The position numbers and the translations under genes were made by a program. A stretch of 64,000 nt of DNA from Bacillota bacterium. Its GTDB lineage: Bacteria; Bacillota; Ch66; Ch109. Below are positions 59,846 to 64,000 of this stretch, one piece after another (position 1 is the first letter of the stretch; each line of letters starts with the position of its first letter). Location of the stretch: assembly GCA_050952625.1 (NCBI GenBank), contig JBMNLH010000001.1, positions 672,001-736,000 of the forward strand. Direction: 5' to 3'. A model generated the notes under the pieces. It saw nothing but the letters and a program-made list of their open reading frames with translations, searched no databases and was not told the DNA's origin.

Positions 59846-61267
59846 ATGCTCAATAAGAAGCAGTATCGCCGGGCTAACCCCGGTTCAGCTCGGGCCGGAG
59901 CTTTGCACGTTCTATATGCCGTTGAAGTTGAAGGGGCTTACGCCAATCTGGTCCTTGACCAGTTGTTGCGGGAAGTCCCTTTTGCCAAGTCGGACCGCTC
60001 TTTCCTGACCGAGCTGGTCTATGGGACGTTACGTTGGCGTGGGACCGTAGACTGGATACTAAATCAAGTAGTCCGGTCCGGCTTGGATCGATTAACCCCC
60101 TGGATTCGCAATATTTTGCGCCTAGGGGTTTATCAGTTGCTCTTCATGAACAAGATTCCCCCTTCAGCCGTGTGCAACGAAGGGACAAATCTAGCCAAAC
60201 GTTACGGACACCAAGGGGTGGCTCGTTTAGTTAATGGGGTATTGCGCAGCATCGCTCGTCGTGGTCAAGACTGGGAATACCCAGATCCGCAGGAAAAACC
60301 GGTCGAGCATATTGCTGCGCGTTATTCTCACCCAGAGTGGATGGTGGAACGATGGCTAAAACGTTACGGCCAAGAAGAAACGATTGCCCTATGCTTAGCC
60401 AACAACCAGCCGGCCGCTAATTCGATCAGAACTAATACGCTACGCCTTAGTGTTGAGGAACTGATTCAACGTTTACAAACAGAAGGGGTGGAAGTAGAGG
60501 CAAGCCGGCTGATCCCGGAAGGTTTAAGATTAAAGCGGTTATCCGCTTATACCAGCCTAGCGGCCTTTGGCCAGGGATTATTTCAGGTGCAGGATGAGAG
60601 TTCCATGCTCGCCGGCTACGGCTTAGGGCCGTTGCCCGGTACCCGGGTCATTGACGCCTGCGCCGCACCCGGCGGTAAAACAACTCACCTGGCTCAGTTG
60701 ATGAAAAATCAAGGAGAAATATTAGCATTTGATCTGCATGGCCACAAGATCGGTTTGGTTCAGGAGAACTGTCGCCGGTTAGGGGTAAATATCGTTCGAA
60801 CTTCAGTAATGGATGCCCGAGAACTGCCAGGCCTCTGGTCGGGCTGGGCAGATTTCGTTTTGGTCGATGCCCCCTGCTCCGGTCTCGGCGTTTTACGGCG
60901 GCGGCCTGATGCCCGGTGGCACAAAAACCCCGGACAGATCCGCGAGTTGGCCAGTCTGCAGAGCCAAATTTTGACCGCAGCCAGTCAGTGTCTTCGTCCT
61001 GGCGGAACCTTACTTTATAGCACCTGTACTCTAGAACCGGAAGAAAATGAGGGAGTAGTCCGGCACTTCCTGGCCGCAGGCACTGACAATTTAAGCAGTC
61101 TGAATAAACCAGGAAAATATTGTCTGGAGGACCTGAGTCAGTTCTTACCCTTCATTCCCTGGCGGGGGGAAGATCGTAACCAGATAGAAAAGGGATATCT
61201 AACCCTATTACCCCATATCCATGGGACCGATGGCTTTTTTCTGGCCAGATTGCGGCGCGGGAAATAA
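59846..61267 (+). CDS. rsmB: 16S rRNA m5C967 methyltransferase
   Basis: NusB-like N-domain, QDESS, DACAAPGGKT, DAPCSG, YSTCT. Confidence 0.96.
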   Translation: MLNKKQYRRANPGSARAGALHVLYAVEVEGAYANLVLDQLLREVPFAKSDRSFLTELVYGTLRWRGTVDWILNQVVRSGLDRLTPWIRNILRLGVYQLLFMNKIPPSAVCNEGTNLAKRYGHQGVARLVNGVLRSIARRGQDWEYPDPQEKPVEHIAARYSHPEWMVERWLKRYGQEETIALCLANNQPAANSIRTNTLRLSVEELIQRLQTEGVEVEASRLIPEGLRLKRLSAYTSLAAFGQGLFQVQDESSMLAGYGLGPLPGTRVIDACAAPGGKTTHLAQLMKNQGEILAFDLHGHKIGLVQENCRRLGVNIVRTSVMDARELPGLWSGWADFVLVDAPCSGLGVLRRRPDARWHKNPGQIRELASLQSQILTAASQCLRPGGTLLYSTCTLEPEENEGVVRHFLAAGTDNLSSLNKPGKYCLEDLSQFLPFIPWRGEDRNQIEKGYLTLLPHIHGTDGFFLARLRRGK

Positions 61268-61321
61268 TATAAAGCAGGAATAATTGACTTTTTCGCGAAT
61301 ATTCCATGTTGGGAAGGAAAT

Positions 61322-62399
61322 ATGGTGAAAAAACGACTTTGTGGTCAAAACCTTAATAGAAATGGAGGACTGGCTTGCCCAATTAGGTGAGCCGCGATAC
61401 CGGGCACACCAGATTTATCAATGGGTTTATCAACGAGGGGCCAATGATTTTGCCCAGATGACCGATTTGCCCAAGCGCCTGCGAGCTCTGCTTCAGGAAA
61501 CCGCTCAGGTAGGACTGCCTGCGGTCATAAAACAGCAGCTTGATCCTGAAGATTTAACCGTTAAGCTGTTGCTAGAATTAAAAGATAAGCAGAGGGTTGA
61601 AGCGGTCCTCATGCCATACAGCAACCTCGATTTCAGTCGGGATCGCTTGACTGGCTGCATCTCGTCCCAAGTGGGGTGCCCGATTGGTTGCCCTTTTTGT
61701 GCCACGGGACAAGGAGGATTTATTCGTAATCTAGAAGCCGGAGAGATTGTGGGGCAGGTTATTGCCTTGCGGCAGGAAGCCCTAAAATCAGAGGATACAT
61801 TGATTGAGGGCCTAAATATTGTTTTTATGGGCATGGGCGAGCCATTGCTGAATTATGCTGAAGTGTTGAAAAGCATTTACTTGTTGCATGATCCCAAGGG
61901 CCTGAATATTAGCCTGCGTCGAATTACCCTTTCGACTGCCGGCGTGGTGCCGCGGATCTATCAGTTAGCCCGGGAAGAGTTACCGATTAATCTCGCAGTA
62001 TCCCTACACGCCCCGAATAATGATTTGCGCAATCAATTGGTGCCCCTTAACCGTCGGTACCCCTTGGAAGAATTGATCCCGGCTTGCCGCAAGTATTTTG
62101 AGTCAAGCAAGCGACGGGTGACTTTTGAATATATTTTACTTAATCAAGTAAATGATACCGAAGACCTGGCCGAAGAATTAGCCCTCAGACTAAAGGGCCT
62201 GCCAGCTCTAGTCAACTTGATCCCGGCTAATCCGACCAACGGGGCGGACCAGCGTCCTTTTCCAGAAAGAATCAGGTCATTTATCCGGATTCTAAAAACC
62301 CGGGGATTAGAGGTTACGCTTCGAGAAGGACGCGGCGGGAATATCGCTGCCGCCTGTGGTCAGCTCAGGGCGAAAGATACTTCGCTTCGTTCAGAATGA
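61322..62399 (+). CDS. rlmN: Dual-specificity RNA methyltransferase RlmN (radical SAM); probable +1 frameshift near 61346
   Basis: CISSQVGCPIGCPFCATG, MGMGEP, SLHA, AACGQL; RBS plus ATG at 61322 is one base out of frame with the main ORF. Confidence 0.95.
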
Positions 62400-62454
62400 T
62401 CATGCGTTAACCGCACCACGATAAACGAATAATGGTTATATTCAGAGCAATGAC
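62381..62454 (-). repeat. Dispersed repeat family B copy overlapping the 3' end of rlmN
   Basis: Reverse complement of GTCATTGCTCTGAATATAACCATTATTCGTTTATCGTGGTGCGGTTAACGCATGATCATTCTGAACGAAGCGAA. Confidence 0.88.
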
Positions 62455-62615
62455 GAAAAGATAGTCATATTCATCAGTAGTTGTGCCTAGCGAGCCTGAG
62501 GGTAATGATCTACACCAGAACTTGCGTTTAAAAGCGGCATCGAAGGAAACAGGTTGAGCAGTCCAATGTTAAATATCTGACACCCGATATCTAAACGATC
62601 CAAGGGGGACCACTG

Positions 62616-63347
62616 ATGGAGATTCGGGCAAGAACTGAGATAGGATTAGTCAGGGAAAAAAACGAAGATAGTGTTCTAATCTGTCCCAAGAGAAGTTTAT
62701 TAGTCGTCGCCGATGGGATGGGCGGTCACCTAGCTGGGGAAGTCGCCAGTAAAATCGCGGTGCAGATCTTTGATCGCCGGGTCGGCGTTATCGATGGTCA
62801 GGTAAATCCTCTGACCTTGCTAAAGGAGATAACGGAAGAAGCTAATCGGGAAATCCTGGGGCATGCTCTTCGTCATTCAAGCTGTCAGGGGATGGGCACG
62901 ACCTTGACCGCGGCCCTGATCTACCGAGACCGGGTTTACTTAGCGCATGTTGGAGATAGTCGGGCCTACCTGATTCGGCCTGGTCTGATTCGTCGCTTAA
63001 CCCTTGATCATTCGGTAGTGGAAGAACTGCTTAGGTGGGGAGCTATTTCCGAAGCTGAGGCAACCCATCATCCATACCGGAGTGTTTTGACCCGAGCTCT
63101 GGGGACCGAGGCGAACATTAGAATTGATTTAGTGGAAGAAGTTTTTCTGACCGGTGATTACTTGTTGTTATGTACCGATGGTTTAACCAATTTAGTCTCA
63201 GATCAAGAAATATACGATATTATCGAGCGCGCGACGAGTCTAGAGACTGCTTTGGATCAACTGGTTGGATTGGCCCTGGCTAGAGGAGGCCACGATAATA
63301 TCACTGTGGCCTTAGGGCAATTGGAATATCGAGGTGAGATTAGTTGA
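62616..63347 (+). CDS. PP2C-type Ser/Thr phosphatase (PrpC/Stp1)
   Basis: [36 protein letters not shown]. Confidence 0.96.
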   Translation: MEIRARTEIGLVREKNEDSVLICPKRSLLVVADGMGGHLAGEVASKIAVQIFDRRVGVIDGQVNPLTLLKEITEEANREILGHALRHSSCQGMGTTLTAALIYRDRVYLAHVGDSRAYLIRPGLIRRLTLDHSVVEELLRWGAISEAEATHHPYRSVLTRALGTEANIRIDLVEEVFLTGDYLLLCTDGLTNLVSDQEIYDIIERATSLETALDQLVGLALARGGHDNITVALGQLEYRGEIS

Positions 63348-64000
63348 TTGGGAAGATCTTAGGAGGCCGGTACGAGATCAAGGAAAAACTAGGATCCGGG
63401 GGTATGGCCGTAGTTTATAAGGCCCGGTGCACCTGGTTAGACCGGATTGTTACCGTTAAGGTCCTCCGTGACGAGTTAGTTAATGATGAGGAATTTGTTC
63501 GTCGGTTTAGACAAGAGGCTCAGGCAGTGGCCCGACTTTCTCATCCGAATATTGTTAGTGTTTATGACGTTGGACAAGAGGACGGTACGTATTATATCGT
63601 CATGGAATACATCGATGGGCAAACCCTGAAAGAGATGATCAAGGAAAAGGGAAAGCTGTCGCCGGAAAAGGCCATTGACCTTACCTCGCAGATTTGTTCG
63701 GCCTTGGAACACGCTCACGAAAACAATATTATCCACCGAGATATTAAACCACATAATATCCTGATGACCTCCCGGGGCAAGGTTAAGGTAGCTGATTTTG
63801 GCATTGCCCGGGCTGCCGCCGAGACCACGGTCACGCATCCTGGAAAAATTATGGGGTCGGTCCACTACCTGTCCCCGGAACAGGCTCGGGGTGAAGTGGT
63901 GGGTATTTCCTCGGATTTGTATTCAGCTGGCGCAGTCCTATACGAAATGCTAACCGGGCGAGTTCCTTTTGAGGGTGAAAGCCCGATTTCCGTGGCTCTG
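63344..64000 (+). CDS. pknB: Ser/Thr kinase PrkC/PknB, 3'-truncated by the window edge (absent from ORF track)
   Basis: Manual translation from TTG 63344: [50 protein letters not shown]. Confidence 0.95.
   Translation, partial: MIGKILGGRYEIKEKLGSGGMAVVYKARCTWLDRIVTVKVLRDELVNDEEFVRRFRQEAQAVARLSHPNIVSVYDVGQEDGTYYIVMEYIDGQTLKEMIKEKGKLSPEKAIDLTSQICSALEHAHENNIIHRDIKPHNILMTSRGKVKVADFGIARAAAETTVTHPGKIMGSVHYLSPEQARGEVVGISSDLYSAGAVLYEMLTGRVPFEGESPISVAL

Noticed and set aside
63476-63865. 129-aa minus-strand ORF and the many similar antisense ORFs in the track
   Set aside because: Shadow frames of well-supported genes on the opposite strand (here pknB).

Overview
Chromosomal core region of an anaerobic, spore-forming Firmicute (Clostridia, Peptococcaceae-like). 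Gene order: end of ftsZ, spoIIGA-sigE-sigG-spoIIR-ylmC, an inverted gerK-type operon whose C subunit is internally deleted, then pgeF-yggS-sepF-proC-yggT-U32-divIVA-ileS. Next come assorted genes including a hicAB toxin-antitoxin pair, lspA-rluA, and a PyrR-attenuated pyr operon in which a GreA/Rnk-like gene and a tiny membrane ORF sit where carAB usually is. The rest is larA, an Hpt/REC-HD-GYP pair, rqcH(NFACT), a Ca-ATPase and the conserved yicC-remA-gmk-rpoZ-coaBC-metK-priA-def-fmt-rsmB-rlmN-stp-pknB cluster. I found no CRISPR, rRNA, tRNA or intact transposase. The unexplained signal is intergenic: (1) a ~290-nt nested multi-helix RNA-like element with GNRA loops and G-U pairs between pyrF and pyrE; (2) a ~170-nt rod-shaped element behind a perfect extended -10, with decayed copies elsewhere; (3) at least three further dispersed non-autonomous repeat families plus heptamer arrays; (4) an ileS leader with a terminator but no T-box. 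Four +1 frameshifts (U32 twice, pyrC, rlmN) are probably sequencing errors. All product calls come from recognising motifs and synteny by eye, not from database searches.
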